Of a DNA stretch of 50,510 nt, positions 10,077-21,841 are shown in pieces. The notes below the pieces were generated by a model that worked only from the letters and a program-made list of their open reading frames with translations, did no database searches and was not told the DNA's origin. Origin of the DNA: Phycisphaerales bacterium (GTDB lineage Bacteria > Planctomycetota > Phycisphaerae > WQYP01); NCBI GenBank assembly GCA_013044165.1, contig JABEVB010000127.1:1-50510 (forward strand), given 5' to 3'. Both the position numbers and the translations under genes were made by a program. Numbering within the stretch: position 1 is the stretch's first letter; every line of letters begins with the position of its first letter.

Positions 10077-10100
10077 GCAGATGCTCCTGATGAAAGCTGT

Positions 10101-11636
10101 TTACGGATTATACTCGCCCCCGGCCCCGGTGATAGCCTGCCGTCGCAGTTGCATGGCATGAAAAGCGTCATAAAGTCTTTGGAGCCTGGCTTGGGCCAGG
10201 GCCAAGGCATGTCGTGGAGTGTCTTTAAGCAACCCGACACGTTCGGCCGTAATGCCAAGCTCGGCCTTTAATTGCGGACCGATGGGCACGGGCGGAAAGC
10301 TGCGTGCGTTGGGGCTGGCGGCAAGTTTTTCAAACACGCCGATGTACGGGTTTTTGTTGTGCAGTAAAAACTTGCGACTCACCTTGGCCAGGGGGGAGTT
10401 TTTGCCGTGCATGGCGCAGAGCTTTTCCATCACGGGTTGCTGGTTTACATAGGCGATAAAGGCAAATGCGGACCGCGGGTGTTTGGCGCCTCGTGGTATG
10501 CATAGACAGTCAAATGAGCAGTAGCTGACATCTTTCAGGCCCGGCACCGCGCTGGGGAACGGCGCAAAAGCCCATGAATAGTTTTGGTAGCGCTGGCTCA
10601 GCGGCATTTTTAATTCAACACTCTTGGGCCAGAGCAGGGTGGACAGGTGCGGGGCAAAGTTGTAAATGTAATTGGCCATCCATGGGCCTTGCATTTCCAT
10701 AACTTCCTGCCCGGCCAAAAAGGGGTTTTCGGGTGAGTCAAAGTTCCCTTCGCCGGACTGAAAACTATTGATGGCCTGCGGACCGAGCCATTGGGAGTAT
10801 TTTTGAATCCATTGAAAAGATCGGACCACCGCGGGGCTGGTGAGCGTGAACTTATGCGTTTGGGCATTCCACACATGCCCGCCAAACCACATCCATAAGT
10901 CGCCAAGATACCAACTTGTCATGGGAACAAAGCCGGCCTGCAAAATCTGTCCACGGGAAGAGACAATTGTCAGTGCGTGGGCGTAGCGATCAAACTCTTT
11001 GAGGGTGCCTGGCGGACGGTTTGGATTAAGCCCCGCGGCGCGCAGCCGTGCCGCATCAGCTTTAAAAATGGCCTTGTTGTAAAGCAGGGCTACGGCGGCC
11101 GGGGTGCTAACGAGTGCATACAAATGACCATGATAATGGCATCCGCGCCAGTAAACGGGCAGGTAGCTTGCGGCGGTAATGCCGTAGGATTTTGCCATGG
11201 TGCCCAAGCGTTTCAGGCAGCCAAGGGCGGCAAACTGAGAAAGCGTTTCGTTCCAGAGGCCGGCGATATCGGGTGGCACGCCAGCAGCGATGGCGGTTAA
11301 GGTTTTTTGATCTATGGAACTGGTGGAAATATAGCGCACAAAAATATGGTCGCGGCGGCCGATGGTGGAGTTAAAGTCATTCACGATTTCGGCCATCTGG
11401 TCGCCTTCGGTGCCATTCCATTTTTCCCAGTATTCCACGACGGTTGTATGTGGCGGGGCTTTAACGATGCCTCGAGGCCCAAAGGCAAGCACCAGGGCGG
11501 CGGCTACGGCCATGCTGATGGAGATGGCCATGCGGAGGTAGCGCCGCCAACTACGCTTTTGGCTGCTACGGCTTGGCACGCTGGCATCGAGCTGGCCGGC
11601 AATAATTGGCTTGGGATGCTTTCGGTAGCGGGTCAA
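10101..11636 (-). CDS. Carbohydrate ABC transporter substrate-binding protein (membrane-anchored)
   Basis: TTG start with AGGAG; TM anchor, then EYWEKW, AIAAGVPPDI, ALLYNKAIF and MQGPW (CUT1 binding-protein motifs). Confidence 0.92.
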   Translation of the reverse strand: MTRYRKHPKPIIAGQLDASVPSRSSQKRSWRRYLRMAISISMAVAAALVLAFGPRGIVKAPPHTTVVEYWEKWNGTEGDQMAEIVNDFNSTIGRRDHIFVRYISTSSIDQKTLTAIAAGVPPDIAGLWNETLSQFAALGCLKRLGTMAKSYGITAASYLPVYWRGCHYHGHLYALVSTPAAVALLYNKAIFKADAARLRAAGLNPNRPPGTLKEFDRYAHALTIVSSRGQILQAGFVPMTSWYLGDLWMWFGGHVWNAQTHKFTLTSPAVVRSFQWIQKYSQWLGPQAINSFQSGEGNFDSPENPFLAGQEVMEMQGPWMANYIYNFAPHLSTLLWPKSVELKMPLSQRYQNYSWAFAPFPSAVPGLKDVSYCSFDCLCIPRGAKHPRSAFAFIAYVNQQPVMEKLCAMHGKNSPLAKVSRKFLLHNKNPYIGVFEKLAASPNARSFPPVPIGPQLKAELGITAERVGLLKDTPRHALALAQARLQRLYDAFHAMQLRRQAITGAGGEYNP

Positions 11637-11769
11637 TGCAACGGCTCCTGAGCACCTGAGGCTGCCTGAGGAATACTGCCCGCTGGTTGGTCAAGGCCAG
11701 AGGGTTTGAACTGCTTGGCTTTCGCAGTTCCTGGTACGCCACTTTTGGCTAACGCGTATATTTGCATAA

Positions 11770-11778
11770 ATTGTAACA
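11770..11778 (-). promoter_or_regulatory. Extended -10 promoter element for the ABC operon
   Basis: TGTTACAAT (TGn-TACAAT) on the minus strand, about 135 nt upstream of the binding-protein start. Confidence 0.45.
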
Positions 11779-12103
11779 CGAGACGGTGCGCATGCCAGCG
11801 GCCTTCAGTTTTGGCAATTGTGTCGCATAGTGTTGACCCTGGGGCGGGGTTTTGAATTCGCTAAGCTGCACCGCTGATGGGCGGTTGGTGTTTACAGGCC
11901 GAGTTTTAGAGAGAGCCGCCGCAACATTACGAATACTCACACGAGCCATTGGGCTGCCGTTTTGACATTGTTAGCAGTTGACTTCGCGCGACTGCTGCCA
12001 AGGAGGCAGGAGCCGCAGTGCGGATATGCTTCTTGGACGAAATGGATGTAAGTTATTATAAAATAATGTCTTATATGATTGCCATTCGATTCGCTTTTGG
12101 CAA

Positions 12104-12119
12104 TGGCACAACCCTTGCT
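12104..12119 (+). promoter_or_regulatory. Sigma54 (-24/-12) promoter of the groEL operon
   Basis: TGGCAC-AACCC-TTGCT, an exact match to TGGCAC-N5-TTGCW, 110 nt upstream of groEL, with an AT-rich tract at 12048-12078. Confidence 0.85.
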
Positions 12120-12175
12120 TATGTAATAGGCGAACAGGCTGCGCCCGGATTGTGGGGCGGCTGGAGTGGGGATAG

Positions 12176-13930
<1,755 letters not shown>

Positions 13931-13991
13931 CCCCGTGGCGCTGTTGCCGAGACAATGAACATTAGCACAAGTTTTAACAGGAGTTTACGCA

Positions 13992-14282
13992 ATGAAAATC
14001 AAGCCGATTGATGATCGCGTGGTGGTGCAGGCGGTAGAAGCGGAAGCTAAGACGGCGACGGGCATTTACCTGCCCGACTCCGCCAAAGAAAAGCCTACCC
14101 GTGGCAAGGTAATTAGCGTTGGCCCCGGCAAATTGCTGGATTCGGGCAAGCGCGTTGCCGTGCCTGTGAAGGTTGGCGATGAAGTGTACTACGGCAAATA
14201 TGCTGGCACGGAAGTAAAAGTCAATGAAGATAAGTTTGTGATTCTCCGCGAGAGCGATTTGCTCGGCGTGGTGACCCGGTAA
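13992..14282 (+). CDS. groS: Co-chaperonin GroES
   Basis: [12 protein letters not shown]...[12 protein letters not shown]...VGPG...KYAGTEVK; AGGAG RBS. Confidence 0.98.
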   Translation: MKIKPIDDRVVVQAVEAEAKTATGIYLPDSAKEKPTRGKVISVGPGKLLDSGKRVAVPVKVGDEVYYGKYAGTEVKVNEDKFVILRESDLLGVVTR

Positions 14283-14385
14283 CGATGCCGCCGCGAGCCC
14301 GTTGGGCCGGGCGTGTAAAGTTTGGATACAAGGTTCAAGGCAGTGCATAACGCTCCTGGGCCTGATTAAGGAAAGGTAAAAAATC

Positions 14386-15999
14386 ATGGCAGCTAAGCAA
14401 ATGGTGTTTGATTCGGCAGCGCGGCAAAAAGTGCTCGATGGTCTGTCTAAACTCGCCGCGGCAGTCAAGGTGACGTTGGGGCCATCGGGTCGCAATGTGG
14501 TGCTGGCTAAAAGCTGGGGTTCGCCGCAAGTTACGCGCGATGGCGTAACGGTGGCCAAAGAGGTTGAACTCCCGGAACCTTTCGAGAACATGGGCGCCAA
14601 GCTCGTGAATGAAGTGGCTGGAAAAACCAACGATATTGCCGGTGATGGGACCACCACGGCAACAGTGCTGGCCGAAGCAATTTACACTGCGGGCCTTCGG
14701 ACCGTAACGACGGGCGTGAACCCGGTGGTTGTGAAGCGCGGCATTGACAAGGCCGTTGAGGCGGCCACGGCGGCCATCAGCGATATGTCGCGCAAAGTCA
14801 GCGGCAAAGACGATCTGAAGAAGGTGGCGACCATTTCGGCCAACTCCGACAGCGCAATTGGCGACCTGATTGCTGACGCACTCGATCGTGTCGGCAAGGA
14901 TGGGGTTGTCACCATTGAAGAAGGTAAGAGCACCGAGACCACGATGACCCTGGTGGAGGGCATGGCGTTTGACAAAGGGTTCCTGTCGCCATACTTCATG
15001 ACCAGCCCGGGCACGATGGAGTGTGTGCTGGAAGACCCCTACATACTGCTGTATGAGAAAAAGATCAGCACGATCAGCGAGATTTTGCCGCTGCTGAATA
15101 AAGTGGTGACGGCGGCCAAGCCGGTTCTTCTTATTGCTGAAGATGTGGAAGCCGAAGCCTTGGCGACGCTGGTTGTGAACAGGTTGCGTGGCATTTTGCA
15201 TGTGTGTGCGGTGAAAGCTCCCGGTTTTGGTGATCGGCGCAAGGCCATCATGGGTGATTTGGCGGTGGTGACGGGCGGCAAGTTCATCAGCGAAGACCTT
15301 GGAGCAAAGCTTGATGCCATTGAACTTTCCGACTTGGGTCGCGCCAAGAAAGTGGTCATAGACAAAGACAACACAACCATTGTGGAAGGCGCCGGCAAGA
15401 AGAAGGACATTGAAGCACGCGTCGGCCAGATTCGCCTCCAGGTTGAAAAGACCACCAGCGATTATGATCGCGAAAAGCTTCAGGAACGTCTTGCCAAACT
15501 TACCGGCGGAGTGGCCGTGCTTCGCGTGGGCGGCAGCACCGAAACCGAAATGAAGGAACGCAAGTTCCGCGTTGACGATGCCTTGCACGCAACGCGTGCG
15601 GCTGCGGAAGAAGGCATTGTTCCCGGCGGTGGCGTGGCGTTTCTGCGGGCGATTGCTGCAGTGGAGACGGCCAAGTCCAAGGCACGCGGTGACGAAAAGG
15701 TTGGGTTTGACATTATTGAGTCTGCTCTGAAGGCCCCGACCCGTCAGATTTGCGAAAACGCCGGTGAAGACGGCAGTGTTGTGGTGGACGCTATCCTCGA
15801 AAAGGATGGCTCGTTCGGCTACAATGCGGCCACGCGGGAGTATGGCGACATGTTTAAAATGGGCGTCGTAGATCCGGCGAAGGTTACGCGTACAGCGCTG
15901 CAGAATGCAGCCTCGGTCGCGGGCCTTCTGCTCACCACCGATGTGCTGGTGACCGAAGCCAAGGAAGACCAGGAGGCTGTGCCAGGAGCCGTCCGCTGA
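14386..15999 (+). CDS. groL: Chaperonin GroEL (second, divergent copy without GGM tail)
   Basis: [25 protein letters not shown] and [10 protein letters not shown]; ends ...EAVPGAVR. Confidence 0.98.
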   Translation: MAAKQMVFDSAARQKVLDGLSKLAAAVKVTLGPSGRNVVLAKSWGSPQVTRDGVTVAKEVELPEPFENMGAKLVNEVAGKTNDIAGDGTTTATVLAEAIYTAGLRTVTTGVNPVVVKRGIDKAVEAATAAISDMSRKVSGKDDLKKVATISANSDSAIGDLIADALDRVGKDGVVTIEEGKSTETTMTLVEGMAFDKGFLSPYFMTSPGTMECVLEDPYILLYEKKISTISEILPLLNKVVTAAKPVLLIAEDVEAEALATLVVNRLRGILHVCAVKAPGFGDRRKAIMGDLAVVTGGKFISEDLGAKLDAIELSDLGRAKKVVIDKDNTTIVEGAGKKKDIEARVGQIRLQVEKTTSDYDREKLQERLAKLTGGVAVLRVGGSTETEMKERKFRVDDALHATRAAAEEGIVPGGGVAFLRAIAAVETAKSKARGDEKVGFDIIESALKAPTRQICENAGEDGSVVVDAILEKDGSFGYNAATREYGDMFKMGVVDPAKVTRTALQNAASVAGLLLTTDVLVTEAKEDQEAVPGAVR

Positions 16000-16061
16000 T
16001 TATGCCGTTGGTAGTCCGAGGATGAAGCGGGGCCTTTTGGTGGACCGCATAAACGTTTTTG

Positions 16062-16101
16062 AAGGCCTGGGGATGGCGTACATTGGCTCCCGGGCCTTTT
16101 C
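16062..16101 (+). terminator. Hairpin plus short U-tract between groEL2 and dnaJ (partial terminator or stabiliser)
   Basis: AAGGCCTGGG...CCCGGGCCTT-TTC. Confidence 0.5.
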
Positions 16102-16124
16102 TATTGTGGACAGGCGAAGCAATT

Positions 16125-17297
16125 ATGGCTTCCAAGCGAGATTATTATGAAGTGCTCGGGGTGGATCGCAGCGCCTCGGCGGATGCGATTAAAAGCGCCT
16201 ACCGCAAGGCGGCTTTGAAATTTCACCCGGACAAAAATCCGGGCGATAAAGAAGCCGAGCACAAATTCAAAGAGGCGTCGGAAGCGTATGAAGTACTCTC
16301 CGACACCGATAAGCGAGCCCGGTACGATCAGTTCGGCCATGCGGGTCTTGGCGGCACCGCAGTGCATGATTATGAGCACATGCGTTATGACGACATCTTT
16401 TCGATGTTTCATGATATTTTTGGCGGTGGAGGTGGCGGCGGTGGGCGTCGCGGACCATCGCGCGGGTACGACCTGGAAACGCAGGTGCAGATTTCGCTCC
16501 TTGAGGTAGCCCAAGGCTGTCAGCGCGAAGTGGACTTTACGCGACAGGATGTATGTGAAACGTGCAGCGGTTCGGGTGCCAAACCGGGCAGCAAGCGACG
16601 TGTATGCTCCACCTGCGGTGGACGCGGGCAGGTCGCGCAGCGTGGATTTGGCGGCATGTTTCAGGTGGTGACCACATGCCCGGCGTGCCTTGGACAAGGC
16701 TCCACAGTGGATAAGCCCTGTCCAACCTGTGATGGCTCGGGTCGCGGAACAAAAAAGCGAAATCTAACGGTGAAAATACCGCCCGGTATACATGACGGGC
16801 AGGCGGTGCGTGTGCGGGGCGAAGGCGAGCCGGGGGAACAAGGCGCATCACGCGGCGATCTTTTGGTATACGTTCGGGTAAAAGAGCACGAGTTTTTTCA
16901 TCGGCGCGAAAATGATTTGGTGTTGGAGGTGCCCGTCAGTATTGCCCAGGCGGCGCTGGGAGCGGACGTTGAAGTTCCAACGCTTTTTGGCAAGTCAAAC
17001 CTGCATGTTGAGTCGGGCACGCAGCACGGCCAGGTGTTGACGCTCAAGGGATTAGGCCTGCCCGACCTGCAAGGCGGTCGGCAGGGCAATCTGCTGTGCC
17101 AGGTTCATGTGGCTGTGCCACGAAGACTCACACGCAAACAGGAACAGTTGCTGCGCGAGTATGCCGCCACTGAAGATCACACCGTCTCGCCAATTCAAAA
17201 GACATTTTTTGAAAAGCTCAAGGATTATCTGGTGGGCACGGAGTCTGCGGCTGGCGGCGTTGATGACAAGGCCGGTGCGGGCAAGTCGGCCAGTTGA
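16125..17297 (+). CDS. dnaJ: Chaperone DnaJ
   Basis: [13 protein letters not shown] (ATG 16125), HPD motif and four CxxCxGxG repeats. Confidence 0.97.
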   Translation: MASKRDYYEVLGVDRSASADAIKSAYRKAALKFHPDKNPGDKEAEHKFKEASEAYEVLSDTDKRARYDQFGHAGLGGTAVHDYEHMRYDDIFSMFHDIFGGGGGGGGRRGPSRGYDLETQVQISLLEVAQGCQREVDFTRQDVCETCSGSGAKPGSKRRVCSTCGGRGQVAQRGFGGMFQVVTTCPACLGQGSTVDKPCPTCDGSGRGTKKRNLTVKIPPGIHDGQAVRVRGEGEPGEQGASRGDLLVYVRVKEHEFFHRRENDLVLEVPVSIAQAALGADVEVPTLFGKSNLHVESGTQHGQVLTLKGLGLPDLQGGRQGNLLCQVHVAVPRRLTRKQEQLLREYAATEDHTVSPIQKTFFEKLKDYLVGTESAAGGVDDKAGAGKSAS

Positions 17298-17333
17298 TGA
17301 CCATGAGGCCGTATTCATTCAAGAGGTAAGTTT

Positions 17334-17897
17334 ATGAGTAAAGACAATCAACCCCATTCGAGTCACGATGAGACGCTTGAGCAGAATGCCGCAGCATCGC
17401 AGGGGCCGGAATCTTCCGAGCCAACGGATGTTGCCAGTTCCGGTGATATTGCCGCGGCTATTGCTGAGGCCAATGATCTTCGAGAAAAACTTGTTCGTTG
17501 GCAGGCCGATTTTGAAAATTTGCGGCGTCGCAGTGCTCGCGAGGTGCTCGAGGCGCGCCAGGTGGCCGAGGGAGATTTTGCGCGCGACCTTCTCGATGTA
17601 CTGGATCACTTTGAGAGTGCGTTAAGCGTAGACCCGGCCAAAACCGATGCCGCCAGCCTGCTGCAAGGCATCAAAATTACCTACGATGAACTGGTGAAGG
17701 TGCTGGGCAGAAAAGGCATTGAGTCGTATGAGCCTTCAGGGCAGGCATTTGACCCTCATTGCCATGAGGCGGTAGCGCGAGAGGATCGTAGCGATCTTCC
17801 GGCGGGGCAGGTGATTCAGACTTTTCAGCGCGGCTATAAACTGCGCGATCGAATTTTGCGGCCCGCCAAAGTGAAGGTCAGCGCCAAGCCGGCATAA
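17334..17897 (+). CDS. grpE: Nucleotide exchange factor GrpE
   Basis: ADFENLRRR, FDPHCHEAV and QRGYKLRDRILRPAKVKV. Confidence 0.97.
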   Translation: MSKDNQPHSSHDETLEQNAAASQGPESSEPTDVASSGDIAAAIAEANDLREKLVRWQADFENLRRRSAREVLEARQVAEGDFARDLLDVLDHFESALSVDPAKTDAASLLQGIKITYDELVKVLGRKGIESYEPSGQAFDPHCHEAVAREDRSDLPAGQVIQTFQRGYKLRDRILRPAKVKVSAKPA

Positions 17898-17982
17898 TCG
17901 CCTGGCGGGAGAGCGGCGGCGTATCAATTGGGACAGTCCGTTTGTTGTGTCGCCGAAAATATAGCATTGGAGAACGTACAAT

Positions 17983-18354
17983 ATGCCTACGTATGAATAT
18001 CGCTGCGGGGCCTGCGGCCATGAGTTTGAGGAGTTTCAGTCCATTACGGCGGCTGCTCTCAAAAAGTGCCCTAAGTGCGGAAAAAATAAATTGGCGCGGC
18101 TGATTTCGGCCGGGGCCGGTATTATATTCAAGGGCAGTGGATTCTACGAGACAGATTACCGCTCGGACTCTTATAAGGCGGCGGCAAAAAAAGATTCATC
18201 GCAAGGTGCAGCACCTGCTGCGGCCAGCGGAAACCAGGCGGGCGGAAGCGAGAAGTCGGCTGCAGCGCCCAGTGCGCCTGGTGCCACCGCCACACCGGCA
18301 GAAACTAAACCGGCGACCGGTAGTAAGTCGCCAGGCAAGACCGCGAAGAAATAG
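17983..18354 (+). CDS. FmdB-family zinc-ribbon protein with Ala/Lys/Pro-rich tail
   Basis: MPTYEYRCGACGHEFE...CPKCG...FKGSGFYETDY. Confidence 0.92.
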   Translation: MPTYEYRCGACGHEFEEFQSITAAALKKCPKCGKNKLARLISAGAGIIFKGSGFYETDYRSDSYKAAAKKDSSQGAAPAAASGNQAGGSEKSAAAPSAPGATATPAETKPATGSKSPGKTAKK

Positions 18355-18416
18355 CCCATTAACGCATGGCGCTCGACGCTCTGATACGTCGGCTCACGTC
18401 CATACGGTGCAACGAT

Positions 18417-18632
18417 ATGGTAACTGACTTTTCATCAGAGAACGTCCTCAAAAGTGGCGATAGCTTGTTCTGCCCGGTGTGCCGCAAAGCTCCCGGAGTT
18501 GTGGGCAGCGATTGTTTTCCATTTTGCTCGCAGCGCTGTCGGCTTGTGGATTTGGGTCGCTGGCTGGACGGGAGTTACGCATCGTCGCGGCCATTGGACC
18601 CGTCCGAGGATGATCCGCTCGACACGGATTAG
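18417..18632 (+). CDS. yacG: DNA gyrase inhibitor YacG
   Basis: CPVC...FPFCSQRCRLVDLGRWLDGSY; start uncertain (18366 or 18417). Confidence 0.9.
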   Translation: MVTDFSSENVLKSGDSLFCPVCRKAPGVVGSDCFPFCSQRCRLVDLGRWLDGSYASSRPLDPSEDDPLDTD

Positions 18633-18901
18633 GCCAACCCCAAGCGAGCGGTTCCACCGATTGATGGAAACCATTAAACGGGTGTGAACGGCCAAATGGA
18701 TGTCAAAAACTCAATGCTGTTTGAGCCGTGAACGCCGCCGTTATATTCGCAAATGAGGATATTCTGGTTGGTTTGTATGTACTTTTTGCAATCAGAAGGC
18801 CGATAAGAGTAGTATTGCTATTCAAGGAATGCGACGCATGCCGCCTCTGTGAGGCGGTGAGATGCGGCTAGTCATGTAGGGTCTTTGCAGGAGCACGCCA
18901 T

Positions 18902-19081
18902 ATGATGCAAGAGTACGAGAATCTCAAAAGGATTATCGAATCGGCGGCGGAAGATGTTGCCAAAGCCGAGGGCGGCAACAAAATGGCCGGGACGCGTGTT
19001 CGCAAGGTGATGCAGGACGTGCGGCACGCGGCGCAGGAACTTCGCAAGAAGATTCTTGAGCTTCGTACGCAAGCGCCTTGA
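18902..19081 (+). CDS. Histone H1-like protein Hc1 family (59 aa), missing from the ORF track
   Basis: GCAGGAG RBS; MMQEYENLKRIIESAAEDVAKAEGGNKMAGTRVRKVMQDVRHAAQELRKKILELRTQAP*, carrying the Hc1 GNKxAGTRxRK signature. Confidence 0.9.
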   Translation: MMQEYENLKRIIESAAEDVAKAEGGNKMAGTRVRKVMQDVRHAAQELRKKILELRTQAP

Positions 19082-19290
19082 CGCACGGGTATGTTGCGAT
19101 ACGCTTAGGGGGCCGCCAACTTGCGCAGTCGCTTTGCGCATAAGGGGTGGTCTGTTCGCTGTGCGAACCGGGCAAGGTAGTCTGCCGGGTGCGGTGGCCA
19201 GAAGAAATAAATTGATGCTTGTGGCGGCAGGTGGCGCGAGCCAGGCTGCGTGCCCTGCCGGCGCATCAGACAGAAAGGGATTTCCATCGT

Positions 19291-19764
19291 ATGGCACCGC
19301 CATTTTTATATGATCTTACACAGCTCGATTTAAACAAAATAATCATTCCAATTGAAGAAATTCGCAAATTTAATCCGCAGCGGTTCGAGATGGAGCAACT
19401 ATCGGGCATTATTCATCTGGATAATGCGACTCTGACCGCAGTCGGCGTAAAGGAGCTGACGGAACACGAGTTCTGGGTTCGCGGGCACATTCCAGGCCGC
19501 CCGCTGATGCCGGGGGTAATCATGGTGGAGGCGGCAGCGCAATTGTGCGCATATCTTGCGCACCGGGAGATGCCGGAAGTGGGTTTTATCGGTTTTGCCA
19601 AATGTGATGAAACTCGCTTTCGTGGGGCGGTGTCACCGCCGGGAAAATTTTATATCATTGCGCAAATGACCAGCATGAATCGGCGTCGCGTGGTGGCGAA
19701 CTGTCAGGGTATTTACAACGGCACCTTGGTATTTGAAACGATCATCACCGGCATGCCGGTTTAA
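19291..19764 (+). CDS. fabZ: 3-hydroxyacyl-ACP dehydratase (FabZ/FabA hot-dog fold)
   Basis: NPQRFEMEQL and GHIPGRPLMPGVIMVEAAAQ; start MAPPF with AAGGGA upstream. Confidence 0.88.
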   Translation: MAPPFLYDLTQLDLNKIIIPIEEIRKFNPQRFEMEQLSGIIHLDNATLTAVGVKELTEHEFWVRGHIPGRPLMPGVIMVEAAAQLCAYLAHREMPEVGFIGFAKCDETRFRGAVSPPGKFYIIAQMTSMNRRRVVANCQGIYNGTLVFETIITGMPV

Positions 19765-19827
19765 GCGACTGGTGGCCAATGTAGCGGTGGTTCGGCCCCC
19801 GCAATCCTGTTGAGGCGAGGCCCTGCA

Positions 19828-21138
19828 ATGAGCGAGTGCCCTGAGCCTTCCCAAGATACTCTAGCCGAATTATTGCCTTATTGTGTTGGCCTGCAGCCGC
19901 ATGACGTCGGCAATGCCGCGCAAGCCGCGCTTCCCACAAGCTCAGCTGTGTACCTGCTGCTTGCGGCCAACGATGCGCCGATCCTGCTGGCGGTTACCTC
20001 GAATGTGCGAGCGGCGGTAGAGCGAAAGATGCATCCGCCGGATCAGGCGGCTCATGCTGCAATCAAGCTGGCAGGGGTCGCAACGCAGGTGCGCTATCGG
20101 TTGGTGCGCAGTGCGCTGGCCGCCAATTGGTGGTACTACCGCTGCGCTCGGCTCCTGTACCCGCAGCAATACACACGTATGCTGGGTTGGCAACCAGCCT
20201 GGTTTGTGGCATGCGATGCGGTCGGGCCTTATCCTCGATTTTGGGCTGCCAACCGGGTGGATGCGCACGAGGGCACGACATTGCTTGGGCCGCTTGCGAG
20301 GCAGACGGCCGCCCAACGCGTGGTAGAACTGCTCGAAAATATCTTCGACTTATGCCGGTATGATGATCTGCTCAAGCAAAGTCCCAAGGCTCGGCCCTGT
20401 TCATATAAAGATATGGGAAAATGCACTGCGGTTTGCGATGGCACCATTTCAATGGAGCATTATCGAAAACAGATCGCCATGGCGCTGCGTTTTGTGGAGG
20501 CATTGGGGGCTTACCGGGACTGCGGCGGAGAGGGGACTTCTGTTACAGCGTTTGCGGCCTTGCGAGGTGAGTGGGAGGGGCAGATGCGACAGGCTGCCGG
20601 CAGGCTCGATTTTCGCATGGCAGCAGCCATGAAAGCTCGCCTGGCGGCGGCGGATGAACTGCTTGGCCCTCGCTTCATGGGCTTGCGAGATTTGCGGCGA
20701 TGTGCGGGCATAGCGCTGCAGACCGGTGGCGGAAGTCGGCAGATTGAACCGTTTTTTTTTCGCGGTGGCTCGCTGGACGTGGCACCAGCCGTCATGCAGC
20801 GACATTTGCCAGAGGCGTGTAGCGCATGGGCCTTGCGCCTTGCGGAACTGCGCCAATCGAAGATTTCCCACCAGTGGGATCAGGCCGATGTAGAGCTCGC
20901 AGGGCTGCTGGCACACCATTTGACTCGGCACAGCGATACGGGGCTTTATCTGTTTGCCGACGAGGTAGCAGGGGCAGACGACCTGCATCGGCGCATTATG
21001 GAATGGTTGGCCACGCGGCGCAGACATTCAGGTTCCGCCGGACAGCAGAGGGAGGATTCGCAGCTTGCTCCCGGGGTAGACAGTGCTGTAGGCGCAGAGG
21101 ACATGGGCAATGAAAGTTCACCGGATGGAGCATCGTGA
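19828..21138 (+). CDS. UvrC/Cho-like protein with degenerate GIY-YIG, Cys cluster and UVR coiled coil
   Basis: LPTSSAVYLL..., LLGPL, FDLCRY...RPCSYKDMGKCTAVC and MRQAAGRLDFRMAAAMK. Confidence 0.75.
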   Translation: MSECPEPSQDTLAELLPYCVGLQPHDVGNAAQAALPTSSAVYLLLAANDAPILLAVTSNVRAAVERKMHPPDQAAHAAIKLAGVATQVRYRLVRSALAANWWYYRCARLLYPQQYTRMLGWQPAWFVACDAVGPYPRFWAANRVDAHEGTTLLGPLARQTAAQRVVELLENIFDLCRYDDLLKQSPKARPCSYKDMGKCTAVCDGTISMEHYRKQIAMALRFVEALGAYRDCGGEGTSVTAFAALRGEWEGQMRQAAGRLDFRMAAAMKARLAAADELLGPRFMGLRDLRRCAGIALQTGGGSRQIEPFFFRGGSLDVAPAVMQRHLPEACSAWALRLAELRQSKISHQWDQADVELAGLLAHHLTRHSDTGLYLFADEVAGADDLHRRIMEWLATRRRHSGSAGQQREDSQLAPGVDSAVGAEDMGNESSPDGAS

Positions 21139-21278
21139 TGTTCCCCGGAACGTGTCGGCGCTGGCCGTATGCTGTGGAACACCTTACAATTCGAGATGTG
21201 CCCCGGCAAGTTCGGGGAGTTGTGTTATTGTGCCGATTTTCGGCGTGTATAATTGTTGATCGCGCAAAGGAGCTTCTC

Positions 21279-21764
21279 ATGGCCCAGGCTGCCAACCCCC
21301 AAGTCACGATTGAAACCGAACATGGAAAAATAGAATTGGAGCTTTGGCCAGACGTTGCGCCCAAGACGGTTGAAAATTTTGTGACGCTGGCCGGCAAGGG
21401 CTTTTATGACGGTTTGACGTTTCATCGCATCATTCCAGGATTCATGATTCAGGGCGGGTGCCCGCAGGGAACTGGCACGGGCGGGCCAGGCTACCATATC
21501 AAGGGAGAGTTCAGCAATCGAAAGCATGTACGCGGTGTAATAAGCATGGCTCGCGCAAACGACCCGGATTCCGCAGGCTCGCAGTTTTTTATCATGCATC
21601 AGGACTCGCCGCACCTCGATGGGCAATACGCCTGCTTTGGGCAAGTTACGGCTGGCATTGAGGTGGTGGACAAGATCGCCAAAACGCCGCTGCGAAACCC
21701 CGGCGCAGGGACGCCGGTGGCTGCACCAAAAATAATTAAAGTTACCGTGGCTGCTGTTGCTTGA
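21279..21764 (+). CDS. ppiA: Cyclophilin-type peptidyl-prolyl isomerase
   Basis: APKTVENF, FHRIIPGFMIQGG, SMARA, SAGSQFFI and HLDGQY; AAGGAG RBS; TATAAT at 21248. Confidence 0.95.
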   Translation: MAQAANPQVTIETEHGKIELELWPDVAPKTVENFVTLAGKGFYDGLTFHRIIPGFMIQGGCPQGTGTGGPGYHIKGEFSNRKHVRGVISMARANDPDSAGSQFFIMHQDSPHLDGQYACFGQVTAGIEVVDKIAKTPLRNPGAGTPVAAPKIIKVTVAAVA

Positions 21765-21841
21765 TCTCGGTGGGTCGGCGACGGTTGTTGCCCAGGCCGC
21801 CGGTAACATCATGTGGATGCATGATGCTGTGAGCATCGCCG

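Noticed and set aside
11812-11827. Second sigma54-like box TGGCAA-N5-TCGCA
   Set aside because: Imperfect -12 element and far from groEL; the exact box at 12104 explains the operon.
11971-11998. CIRCE (HrcA operator)-like TTAGCAGTT...GACTGCTGC upstream of groEL
   Set aside because: The spacer is 10 nt rather than 9 and the arms deviate from TTAGCACTC/GAGTGCTAA. Kept only as an unassigned inverted repeat, though a divergent CIRCE is not excluded.
18799-18806. GCCGATAA (sigma28 -10 consensus) upstream of the Hc1 gene
   Set aside because: No TAAA-type -35 at the expected spacing; insufficient on its own.
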